Positions 13,017-24,420 of a stretch of DNA of 32,900 bases are shown piece after piece. This DNA is from Xylographa opegraphella. Taxonomy: Eukaryota. Below the pieces are notes generated by a model. The model was not told where the DNA came from, searched no databases, and worked only from the letters and a program-made list of their open reading frames with translations. Where the stretch lies: NCBI GenBank assembly GCA_022813865.1, contig JALDZX010000049.1, positions 124,001 to 156,900 of the forward strand, given 5' to 3'. Made by a program: the position numbers and the translations under genes. The first letter of the stretch is position 1, and every line of letters begins with the position of its first letter.

Positions 13017-14891
13017 ATGCGGCTTCCTGGCCTATTTCCTCTTAGGCTCTCACGGTCCGGACCGCTTCTCTCCAAGACTCTGAACTTGCCTATCAACTGC
13101 ACAATTTATAAACATTTCTCCAGCCTAGGGCAGCACAAGTTTGAAATCGCAGATATGGGGAAAGAGAAGGTCCAGTTCCAACTGAAAACTGCAAAGGGAA
13201 CCAAAGACTGTGAGCTCATACGAAGCACCTGGTCGGCTTTCGCATTGACATCTCGTTAGGGGAGGGCAAGGATATGGTCATTCGAGATCGAATATTCTCT
13301 ACTATCACTCAGGTCTTCAAGCGCCACGGTGCCGTCACAATTGATACGTTCGCCGTCCCTCGGCCTCTCGTGTACTACGAACACTGACAGTGATCAGTCC
13401 AGTCTTCGAGCTCAAGGAAATTCTTTCGGGTAAATATGGCGAGGACAGCAAACTCATCTACGACCTTTCCGACCAAGGCGGCGAATTATGTTCACTCCGC
13501 TACGATCTTACAGTACCATTCGCTCGTTGGCTTGCTATGAACTCGTCGATACAAAACATAAAGCGGTACCATATTGCCAAAGTCTATCGGAGGGATCAAC
13601 CGGCCATGACGAAAGGGAGAATGCGAGAATTCTATCAGTGTGATTTCGATATTGCTGGACAGTATGATCCTATGTTACCAGATGCGGAGATCTTAAGGAT
13701 CGTATGTGAAGTGTTTAGTGGACTCGGCTGGGACGGGAAATATTCAATCAAAATCAACCATAGGATGATATTGGATGGAATTTTTGCAGTCTGTGGTGTA
13801 CCGGACGACAAAATAAGAACAATTAGCAGTGCGGTGGATAAGTTAGATAAGTTACCATGGGAAGAAGTACGACAGGAGATGGTGGAAGAAAAAGGCTTGA
13901 GTGAGAATGTTGCCGATAAAATCTGGGACTTTGTGCAAAAAAAAGGAGGGAGAGACGTTCTCCAATTTCTGCAAGGAGACGAAGGTCTGAAGGCCAATCC
14001 AAGTATGGTCAAGGGAATGGAGGATATGGAGTTACTCTTCAGCTATTTAGAAGCATTCGGGGTTTCAGACAGAGTTGAATTCAACCTTAGTTTGGCCAGG
14101 GGACTTGACTACTATACTGGTGTTATCTTCGAAGTCGTCACCGAAGGTTCAGCACCTCCAGCTGCATCAGGGCAAAAAGCTGCGCGGTCTTCCAAGAAAG
14201 AAAAGTCCAAGGACGCCGACGAAGATCGCTCGAATGATCCTTCTGTTGGCGTTGGCAGTGTTGCCGCTGGAGGTCGGTATGATGAGCTCGTCGGTATGTT
14301 TTCTGGTAAGGCACAAATACCGTGCGTTGGCATTTCATTTGGAGTGGATCGTATATTCTCTATCACAAAGGCGAGGATGGAAGCAGAGAAGGCAACAGCC
14401 GCTGTGCGCAGCAATGAAGTCGACGTTTACGTCATGGCCTTTGGCGGGAAAGGCTTCACGGGGTTATTGAAGGAGAGGATGGAAGTTTGTAAGATGTTAT
14501 GGGATGCTGGGATCAAGGTGTGTAGTTCTCCTCGTTGATGACTCTAGAACCATTGACCTAACATATCCAGACCGAATTCTCGTACAAATTGAAGCCGAAG
14601 CTACCCGCACAGTTCAAACTTGCAGAAGCTAATGGCGTGCCCTTTGCTGTTATCTTGGGCGAGGATGAAGTGGCTCAAGGGAAGGTGAAGATCAAAGAGA
14701 TGGGTGCCACCGGTACAGAGAAAGAAGGTGTACTTGTCGACTTGAAAGACCTGGTCGCTGAGATGGATACTCGATTGCGACGGGCCAAGGGCTCTGATGA
14801 CACGGAGCACATGACAGTCGCCACGGAAGCACTCGAACTTGAGGATGGAACAGGAAACAGTCGGAATAGAACTGGCGACGATGGAGTTTGA
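13017..14891 (+). CDS. HTS1: Histidyl-tRNA synthetase, probably cytosolic and mitochondrial isoforms from two in-frame ATGs (13017 and 13155)
   Basis: Exons 13017-13209, 13260-13347, 13398-14517, 14571-14891. Motifs [48 protein letters not shown] and GISFGVDR. Confidence 0.95.
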
Positions 14892-15351
14892 GGACAGGTG
14901 GGTGGGAACAGGTGCATTACTTTGGCGTTAGCATTGAGTGGGTGGGCTAGAAGCTCTTGCACTATCATCTGGCTATAACATACACCAGTCTCGAGATGGA
15001 GCTTCACATACCTGACGTTTTCGCAAGTCACGGCAGGGAGAAAGCGTCTCGATACCAAGCAGCGGAACAGTGCCGCTAGACGCTAGGACCCATTCAGGTC
15101 TTTACTTGCAATTAATTCCCAATTGGGACTAGTGTAAGGTACGCAAGTGCTGGGCTGTGAACTGCTGTACCTCACTGTCTGCCGCATCAACGTGACGCTG
15201 GTTTACGTCTTTACCTTAGATATTGGCTACTATTGTGTACGTTACCGAAGGTATTGTGTTCTGTGGGCTTTTTCCTACTCGATTGAAGCCCACTTCAAGC
15301 ACGGTTTTATTCTGCCTACCACGGCTCGTTTCTCTCCATCAGCCTGTTGCA

Positions 15352-16707
15352 ATGGCACAATACCTGACAGATCTGCTGTCATCCTTGACTAGCTGCTTCT
15401 TCTGCTTTCCTAACTCTCCACAACTACGTATCAACTCCAGGAGTTTCAAGATACTCAGGCTCTTGGGAGAGGTAAGCTCGAATGAACAGGACTTGCGTGT
15501 ATTACGGGTCAATGCACAACTGATGTCAGACTGCAGGGCGGCTTCTCATATGTCTACCTCGTGCAAGAAACCTCCACCGGTCATCTCTACGCACTCAAGA
15601 AGATCCGCTGCCCATTCGGCCAAGAATCCGTGTCCTTGGCTTTGAAAGAAGTTGAAGCTTACGCACTCTTCAATCCTCATCCAAATATCATAGCGGCTAT
15701 CGATCACAGTATCACCTCGGCCAAGGATAAGACAGATCCGGGCAGCAAGACAGTTTATATACTTCTCCCATACTACCGCAGGGGCAATCTTCAAGATGCC
15801 ATTAATGCGAATCTTGTCAACCATACGAGGTTTCCGGAGCGGCGGCTCATGATACTGTTCCTCGGGGTAGCTCGCGCTCTCAAAGCAATGCATCAATATA
15901 GAGTCAAAGGGGCTCCGGGGGGACCGCAGGCGTTGAAGAAGGCACGTGGAGTACGGGCGGAGGCAGAAGAGGCAGATGAGGATGCGGCCAGGCAAGCCGG
16001 GCGGAGAAGAGACATGAGTTCTGATCGCCGAGGAGATGGAGATGTCGAAAATGAGCCTCTGATGGATTCCGAAGTGACAAGGAGTCAGGAAGGAGTCCCG
16101 GAAGGAGACATACGGGCATATGCACATCGCGATATCAAACCTGGTGTGTAATCTGAGAATTGAAAAGATTCTACACCACTGATGCGGCACAGGCAACATA
16201 ATTATCGATGATGATGGCAAAACCCCAATACTAATGGATCTTGGATCACTCGCTCCGTCTCCAGTTGCTATCACCTCGCGAAAGCTTGCAATAGCGGTAC
16301 AGGATGAAGCTGGGGAACACTGCACAATGCCATATCGTGCTCCTGAGCTGTTCGACGTCAAAACCGGTTCCATAATAGACACCAAAGTAGATATCTGGTC
16401 ATTAGGATGTACTCTTTACGCATGCTTGGTAGGGAAGAGTCCTTTTGAAGCTCGAAGCGAAGAGACTGGCGGGAGCCTTAGTATATGTGTCCTTGGAGGA
16501 GATTGGAGGTTTCCAGACGAAAGGCAGGCGAACGGAAAGAGTAAAGCGCTTCCGCCACCCACCGAAGAGGTCATCAGTGATTCGGTCAAGGAAATAGTAA
16601 GAAGATGCTTGAGGGTCGAAGCTGCAGAGCGGCCGGATATTGACGAGCTGATTGAGATGGTGGAGAACGTCGTTGTGGAACTGCCACAGGATGAAGGAGA
16701 GGAGTGA
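15352..16707 (+). CDS. ENV7: NAK-family Ser/Thr kinase, Env7/STK16-like
   Basis: Exons 15352-15471, 15537-16143, 16193-16707. Motifs LLGE|GGFSYV, YALKKI, HRDIKP|GNI, MDLGS, CTMPYRAPELF and DIWSLGC. N-terminal Cys pair (SCFFC) resembles the palmitoylated N-terminus of Env7/STK16. Confidence 0.88.
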
Positions 16708-17496
16708 TTATCGACGTAGTGGCGTGTGGAACCGTCCTGGATATATACCTCGGCGTTCTCTGGGTTTGGCGGATCTCGCTTCTGTCCAGTACGATCTCCT
16801 TTCAACTTCGAATATTGACCAGGCATCCGGTTTCAAGTCTAGCACGAGTGAAACGTTATTGAGTGCCCTTTCTGCCCAGCCTGGAGCAGAGCTTGCTGGG
16901 TATTCTTCCGTTGGGAATCTTGTACGGGTGATTTTTCAAATTCTTCAAAAGAGGTACAATCTTGTCGAATGTTCATCTATTATACTTGGTGTCGTTACTT
17001 GGTGCACGGGTGACAAAACCGGGTGAAAACTCGAGAACGATGTAGGGAACGATCCTTCAAGCTCGCCTTTCTCTCGACCTTGTATGGTTGAGCTTCGGGC
17101 ATTCTCGCTATCATAAATTCAACACTCCTCCGTGTTGATATCACCCTCGTGTCCAAGAAGCTAATCGTCGATTCAAGTATAGTGATGGAACAGGCCCCTT
17201 CAATCTCTTGTCAATACCGTGTTGTTGCTCCCTGGCTTCTTCCGAAAATCCGCTAAGAGATGGCTTGGGCATTCACTGCTCTTAGATTGGCCCCTCAACC
17301 GTGCTTTGGCGGCTGCATTCACTACAAATATGGCATTTAAGACGACATCGTGGCGTCGGATTCATGCCGTTGAATAACTACACAACAGCTTGATCGAAGT
17401 CCTGGAGCTCGCATCGAGGATCTTCCAGAATTCTTGGCTCTGCAAACCTGATCCATTCCTACTTGTCAGCTGCGGCCATAGAAAAGACGAATAACA

Positions 17497-18292
17497 ATGT
17501 GTCAAGAAAATTACTACTTCCACTCGTGCGTCACTACCTCAACGAGCAGGGAGCAGGTTGTAACTAATTTCAGTCAGCTGTCAACACCTCACGTACCATG
17601 GAATCCATCCTTGCGACCGGTTTCAGGTCGTTCAACAGCTCTGTGTGACTCTTACCACAACTCCACGGATCACCTCCCTGGCTACGCCCATATATCGTCA
17701 GTGTCTCAAAGGTTACTTTTTGCGGGCTGTCGATACCACATCGTCCTCCACAACGACCTGTTCAAACCCCTACCACCTCCCTATCAACCCACGCCCTGGG
17801 TCTCGCTACCCAGACCTCCCCGATGACCTCGAGATCCCGCCACCACCCTACAGCAAGACAGAGTACAGTAAACCAAGAATGACCAAGCGGACGGTGGCAG
17901 TCAACTTCGATTGCAAGGAGTGCAGGTCCGAGAGGATGAGGCCTGGATGCAAAGGCTTGACAATAGAGGAACAGATGGTGGTGGAGCCGGAGATCGAGCT
18001 GACGATGCGATACCAATTGTGGAAGAGTTGGCATAGCGGATTCCAGGAGTGGTGGAACGACCCGAACACGGTGAGGGAGCGGGAGGAAAGGGAGCGAGCT
18101 GCGAGATTCGTAGAGAATCCGCTGTGGGACGAGAATGGAGAATCCGCGTTGCAGGTGAGGTTTGAGGGGAAGAATGCCGGTGCGGATGGTGGAGCGGAAG
18201 CTGAGAAGGACAAAGGCAAGGCGGTGATGAGGCACAACGGAGACACGGCGGAGGGGCAGGCGTATGTGAGCATTTTTGGCGGGGATAAGTAG
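17497..18292 (+). CDS. Orphan protein with N-terminal MC-x8-C-x-H and later CxxC (possible Zn ligands), plus a PPPPY motif
   Basis: Exon 17497-17525, intron 17526-17577 (GTGCGT…CTAAT…CAG), exon 17578-18292. The splice joins MCQENYYFHS|CQHLTYHGIHPC in frame with ORF 17645-18292. Confidence 0.65.
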
Positions 18293-19147
18293 TCGCAATG
18301 GGTATCAAATAGTGTGGTGTACAAGATAGAATGGAATGGTTGTTCCATAAGCCTAAGAAGGCAGGAAGACTAAGAAAGATGTTGTCCAAGACACTGCGCT
18401 GCTGCCACTTTTATTCATCGCACGCCGAACAGAAGGATGATGTAACAATTCGAGCTGGATTGCTTCTCGTCCCATCCCATCCCATGCCTCTCAATCCTCA
18501 CTCTTCCAGGAGGGTGAATATGGATAGAGTTCTGTAGGTAAGCAGATGAAACCATATTTGATCTCTACTCCTGCGCATGCACCAATCATCGTCGTGAAGA
18601 TGGATCCACAAGCACTAACTTACCAAGGAAGTGAGTCCGACTCCATCGCGCAGGCGGTGCTGCAGACGTCTTTCCCGGAAGTGGGTTTAGCACACCTTCG
18701 AGCCGCCTGCCTGACAATGAGGCGTCCCACGAAGGATCAGGCTTGCAGGGGAGCCCACACCGGAGCACGTTGATCGGAAGGCCGATCCTGCACATTTCTT
18801 CACGAACATACAGAGATTGACTACAACGCCGAGGTTACACAAGCTTGATATTCGATGCTCCAGCAAAGTTCTGGCTGTTCCACCGTTATAGCTGCTCCCC
18901 ACGCTTTCGTCCGCCATTCCGGTGATGCCTATTTATATACGACGGCGTCGCTGGCGGGCAGGCTTTGCTCTCGGGCTGCGGCATGGCCAGAGGAGCGCAT
19001 GAAGGCTAAAATCCTTCAAAGCTCCTTCGAAATCATAGGGCCGTGGTAGTCAGACGGCCGTGGCATATTCCTCCAGCTTCTCTTCTCGATTTTCTTGATT
19101 GTTCGCGCATCCTAACTGTTCTGTAAGTTGGACTACTGCTTGCTGCC

Positions 19148-20903
19148 ATGTCACAAACATTCCCTTCGTGCTCGGTGTCTGTTCCGTCTCCGATCTCGAT
19201 CCCCATCAGCAATGTCTCTCTACAGAACTCTGCTACCAGTCGCGGCTTGGCGGTTTCGATAGGAACACCGCCTCAGCACCTTGCACTGGCCACAAACGTG
19301 TCGGTCAACCTCGAGCGTGGAAGCACGTCTTGATTCTGCTTCAAGCTGATGCTTCAATAGGAGAACGAACAATACTTACGTCTTTAATCAGACTGGCGCA
19401 TGCAGCAGTGACACGACCGCTCAATGTATCCAGCAGCATGGCGGTGGGTTTGACAAATCGTCGTCGTCGACCTGGTCCCAACTCAGTACCTACATCGCAT
19501 CGGAATCAGTCATCTCAACAACAGGGGACGAGTATGGTTCGGACACGTTGGTATTCGCCGGTCAGAACCTCTCTACATATCCCATCGGGTTGCCTCTCAA
19601 GGAGAACGGACTCGGTCTGAATGATGTCTTCGACAATGCCCTCGGACTTGGCTCCAATTCTACGTTCTTGACCGCCTTGTCAAACGTCGGACTGATTGCC
19701 TCGAGGTCGTTTTCCATCTTCTGGGGTTTGACGGGTACGACCGGAAACACCGATGGCAGTCTCATTGTTGGCGGCCTTGACAGTGCGAAGATGTCTGGCT
19801 CCGGCCTCACGGGCCCGATTTCTCCACAAAACAGCGATCCGGTCTCTTCGTGGACCAACAACTGTGGTACTGGCCTTTTCGTCACAGTCAAAGATATCAG
19901 CCTGAATTTCCCAAATGGGTCTACACCCAGTATACTTGGTGGGAACTTCACCCAAGGATTATCAATGTGCATTGACCCAGCATATCCGGGTATCACGCTG
20001 CCTCCGAATACTAATTCAATCATCAACGAGATGCTTGGTACACCGATCCAACATATTGGCGCCGATGAGGCCGGTGACAATAATATTCCATTTTACAACA
20101 GCGATATATACTTGGCTTCTGATGTGTACGTTCCCCTTTCAGCAATCATATCAAACCTAACATCCGCCCCGTCATAGCTATCAAGGCGACCTCACCTTTA
20201 CCTTTGAAAGCGGTCTACAAATTGCAGTCACAAATGATCAGCTGGTCGTACCCGTGTGGGAAATTAACAAAAATGGCATAGCCGTACAGAACAATGACAC
20301 CCTTCGACGGGTATTGATCAATCCTCTCGGCTGTAAGCTAGCTCTAGGGACTCGGCCAGAATTTCTTGCTAAGTTATCTCAGGGCCAATAATCAATGATC
20401 AACCCATTCTCGGCCAAACATTTCTGACGGCCGCCTATTTATCAGTAAACTACGACAGCAACGAGTTCACCATCGCGAACGTGAACGTCACCGAAAGCAG
20501 CAACATCGTCGCCATCGGTCCGTCGGGGACCTGTATCCCGCAGCCTCCAATGTCTATAACCCCCAGCGGTTCGAACACGACCATCACATCCGACAGCAGC
20601 ACATCCATCGCACCCGGCGCCATCGCAGGCATCGTGATCGGCACCGTCGTCATCCTCGCCATCCTAGCCATCGGCCTCTTGTTCTTCCTCCGAAGACGCA
20701 AAGCCCAGCAGCACTCGACTCCCTATCCCACAGACCCGAAGGGACCCACTCCGCCACAATACGCGGCCGATCCCAAATCCGCAGGCTATGCCGGTGAGCT
20801 ACCGGCGGGCGAACATCCCAAGGAACTACCTGGCGGCGCGGCATGGTCCGCGGAACTACCGCCCGGCCAAGATTTCCGCATGGCGCAGGAGCTGCCTACG
20901 TGA
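19148..20903 (+). CDS. Single-pass membrane protein with a pepsin-like (A1 aspartic protease) fold and degenerate catalytic motifs; true start uncertain
   Basis: Exons ~19148-19299, 19361-20125, 20178-20332, 20383-20903. Contains VSIGTPPQ, GGGFDKSSSSTW, LGLG, GSLIVGGLDSAK, CIDPAYP and PILGQTFLTAAYLSVNYD. TM segment GAIAGIVIGTVVILAILAIGLLFFL-RRRK is followed by a tail with repeated ELP. Confidence 0.8.
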
Positions 20904-22076
20904 TCAACTGTCTTTTTCGCGCTCAGCTCGAGTATTACCCAATCTCACGAGGGCGGTGTCGACGACGGAGGCGCGCTCCCCTGTACTATCGCCCACGTGC
21001 TCCGGCCCTGCGAAGTCCCAGCGCGCAGCCGGGGCAAATCACAGGCCGGAGGTCTCGAGTCTCACGCTTGGGGAATGTGTTGTAAGGGGGGGGGGGGCGC
21101 GATTGAGATCGAAACGACCTCTGCTGTGGGTGCTAGTGCAGCGCTCAGCAGGGAACGGACGCGCGGGCAGGTGAGGCGGTGTGGTAGGTCGGGGTCTTTG
21201 GTGGTAAGGGGGGGGGCGGAGTTAGTGGTGTGTTTACGACGAGGAGTGGGAGGCTTCGAAGCTGTTTATATCCTCTTTTCAATATGTCGATATTCGCTCC
21301 GCCTTGTTAGTCTTAGTTCCAGACGGCCTTTCCATCGAAAAATTCAAAAATACTATTTCCGATTCCCAGCGCAAAAGTCCCCTCTCGCGTCTCTCCTGCC
21401 TGTTAAGCCGCGTACCGCCTAAGCTAAGAAACAGACGCTGCCGGGGTATGAATGGGTAGGAGATGCCATGCCATGCCCGACCTATGCATCCACTCGCCGT
21501 GCATCCAAAGCATCCTCTCTTCTACGCTCAGGACGACGTCGAAACCCTCCCAGAAGCATAGAGAGAGAAAGAAAAAAAAGCCCGAGCCGATTGGGAAGCA
21601 GACAGCTGGACGCCATCACTCCCGACGGTATAGATACCTACCAGCATGGAGCTTCCCTCATCTTCGCGTCCTCGTGCATACTCTCAGCGGCTCGGGTTCG
21701 CTTCACCCTTTACCTTTAAGTAGTGCTGGGAATTATGACCGCACGGCACGGGACGCGGCATGCAGGATCCGATCTGTGCTCTGCGGTTGTGGCTCCCACT
21801 GCACTGCACGGCACGGCGCGAGTTGAGACACTCAAGCCGTGGGAGTGGGAGTGGGACAGGGGGGTCCAGCGGCCGGCGACAACGTGTGGGGGGTGTCATG
21901 TATTCGGGACATCGGTATCGCAGAGACGTGGTGGTCGAGAATCAATTCGTGGCAATACCGCTTTGTCCCCCGGCAACGAGAGACGCGTGGGGGAGGAGCA
22001 TGTGTATGTTATTCGCGCGGAGCTGTTATGCTGAAGCAGATATCAGGGGGGCGCCGAGGAGGGAGGTGGGGATACT

Positions 22077-22207
22077 ATGCGTTCGTGAGGTACGGGTAAG
22101 GTAGCTTGAGATATGAATCCCCATGCATTCGTGAGGTACAGATAAAGTAGCTTGAGATGTGAATCCCCATGCATTCGTGAGGTACAGATAAAGTAGCATG
22201 AGATGTG
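22077..22207. repeat. 46-bp tandem repeat, about 2.9 copies
   Basis: Unit ATGCATTCGTGAGGTACAGATAAAGTAGCTTGAGATGTGAATCCCC; the TTCGTGAGG anchor recurs at 22082, 22128 and 22174. Confidence 0.95.
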
Positions 22208-22348
22208 GAAAAACCGGCACACCTGTGTACTCTCTTCTTCCGCTCCCGATCGAGCCTTCGCCAACGCCGTCGCCGTAGAGAAAACTCCTCGCTAAATGCC
22301 ACAATGTCGCATACTCCATCCAACTCAAGATCTACCCAAACGCCGTGC

Positions 22349-22964
22349 CTAGACCGTCAAATCGTCGTAGCTGAAGCGCATGTTCTTCGGCCCCTGCCGA
22401 CTCCGGACCACATCCTCATCGCCCACCGGCCGCTCGTTCTTCGTGTTGCCCGTCAGCATGCTCTGGATGCTCATGCAGATGCTCTCCACGTTCTGCACCG
22501 GGCTCCACCCGGCGCTTCCCAGTAGGTCTAGACATATGATGCCGTTGCTGTAGATGTGCGGGTGCATGGGTATCGGTCGCGGAGGGTCGGTCGTGGTAAC
22601 GAAGACGACCTCGGGAGCTTCGATGGGGTAGTTGTTGGTGAAGCGGAAGCGGAGGCGGAAGGTGAGGTTGAGGTAGATGGGGTTGGGGTCGAGGACTTTG
22701 ATGTCCATGTGCCATTCGGAGAGGTCGGGCGCGGAGACGAGGGCGATGCCTGGGGGAAGGGAGCTTTGGATCTGTGGGGCGGGGTTAGTGAGGTTTCTTC
22801 GGGGTGTCAGAGTACGGGGACGAGATGGGTGTAATAGAGTGTGGGCGGGAGGGACGGCGTACTTTGGCGAGTTCCTGAGATGGACTTAGTAGGCGGAACT
22901 GAAGGTCAGGGAGCCGGTGTGGAGTCGAGGTTCATACCTTGCCTAACCGCTTAGATGCAAACAT
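22349..22964 (-). CDS. UBE2W: Ubiquitin-conjugating enzyme E2, UBE2W-type
   Basis: Exons 22964-22938 (MFASKRLGK), 22874-22863 (12 nt, ELAK), 22771-22349. Contains YPIEAPEV, HPHIYSNGIICLDLL (HPH in place of HPN, as in UBE2W), WSPV and SICMSIQSML. Confidence 0.88.
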
Positions 22965-23728
22965 GGTCGCTGCTGTTCAACTCTGGAGCCAAGGTAGAAA
23001 TTGTGATGAGTTGTAAGAGTGGGAGGCAGAGTCGGAGAGCAGAATTACAGCAGAAGGAGGAAGCAACTTCATCAGAGAGCCATATTGCAGCTGGTTAAGC
23101 AAGTCATCCGCGGGCGATGGAAACGGCGAGTCCGAAGTGAGGCTGAAATGGACGGTAGTCTCAAACTGGTTAGAGGCATATACTGCCTCTACTGTATGGG
23201 ACAAGCGAGATCCACGACAGAGCTATTGTTCCGTTTACTCTCTCCTATCGAATCTCCATTGTCCATAGTCCATAGTCAAACAGAGCACCAGCTCCAGCGC
23301 CCCGACACTTTCTTCCTGATCACAGAACAAACCCGCTTGAACAATAATTCGACCGAGAGATCAATGTCATATGTCATATAGGCCACTAGGTGATATGAAT
23401 TGAATATTCTACCAATACTTGATCATATGTCAGACCGCCTCTGTGATTTCAAAACACCTTACACATTTCTTGCAATCTATCTGTAGGACTGGATTTCATG
23501 ATTATGATGTATTGAATTATATATCCTGATACTGCAACGGTAGTTGAACCAATTCTTTTGCTCAACATGATGTATGAATTAACCCAGCTTCAACCTCTCC
23601 AATTGAGAATTGCGTTCTTTCAATGCCTTACTTTCTCATGAAACAACATGGGTAGTGCTGTAGAAATGCTCCCACGCCCTGCTCGTAGAGCTTGGGTCTC
23701 TCATTCGTTGGTATTTGTACGAAGTGCT

Positions 23729-24367
23729 CTTTGTCTTTGTCACCTGGTTCTGTCTAAAATCACTATCCCGAGTTCCTGTTGTGCCTTGAAGCCGAAAAGG
23801 CCTATCAATACCAACTCAAGCAGCGCGATGAACTTCTTGCTGGACCTTCCGTGTCCTAGGACGAGTGCCACCATTGTTCGTCGATCCCGTCCTCGGTTTC
23901 GCTGCTTTTACCGGGAGTGAACATGGCGCGTGTGTAAGCAATAACCGTAGAAGATGTCCGGGGGTCCCCTAAGCGTGCATTCTTCCCTCCTTCCAAATAA
24001 AATAAGAGATCACTTCTGCCCTCCTGAATATCCTACCGTTCTTCTTTGTCTTTGTCACGTAGTTCTGTTCAAATTTATTGTCCCTAGCCCCTGTCGTGCC
24101 TCCAGACCGAGAAGGCCTACCAATACCGACCCAAAGGTGCGCGGTGATCTTCTTGCTGGATCCCCTGTACCCTGAGAGCAGGTGCAACCATTGTTCATAG
24201 ATTCTGTCCTCTGTCCTCTGTCTGGTTGTTGTCACCGGGAGTGCACTTGGCACGTGTGTGACCAATAACCGTAGAAGATTTTAGGGGATTCTTAAACGTG
24301 ACTTCTTCCCTCCTTCCAAAACACAATAAGAGACCATTCTACCCTCCTTGAAATCCTGCCTTTCTTC
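23729..24367. repeat. Diverged direct tandem duplication of ~315-325 bp (copy A ~23729-24043, copy B ~24044-24367)
   Basis: Shared collinear anchors: CTTTGTCTTTGTCAC (23729/24044), CTTCTTGCTGGA, ACCATTGTTC, ACCGGGAGTG, CAATAACCGTAGAAGAT (23939/24263) and TTCTTCCCTCCTTCCAAA. Confidence 0.9.
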
Positions 24368-24417
24368 TTCCTCCATCCTAAAGTCACATCGCAGCCACAA
24401 TCCTCGCATCGACTCCA

Positions 24418-24420
<3 letters not shown>

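Noticed and set aside
14140..14250. Lys/Asp-rich insertion in HisRS
   Set aside because: A variable loop at this position is usual in fungal HisRS.
21372..21657. RNase MRP RNA-like motifs (AAAAGTCCCC … ATGGAGCTT)
   Set aside because: The two halves do not pair cleanly as P4, and I found no CR-IV or terminal P1 helix. An Infernal search would settle it.
22077..22207. 46-bp repeats as a CRISPR-like array
   Set aside because: The units are head to tail with no unique spacers, the context is eukaryotic and there are no cas genes.
23340..23640. AT-richer stretch as a RIP-degraded transposon
   Set aside because: No terminal repeats or transposase remnant; it is compatible with ordinary intergenic DNA.
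23648..24265. Short ORFs within the tandem duplication as a duplicated gene or antitoxin
   Set aside because: The homologous frames differ by indels and stops between copies, and no domain is recognisable.
23729..24367. Duplication as LTRs of a retroelement
   Set aside because: The copies are directly adjacent, with no TG…CA ends, target-site duplication or gag/pol remnants seen.
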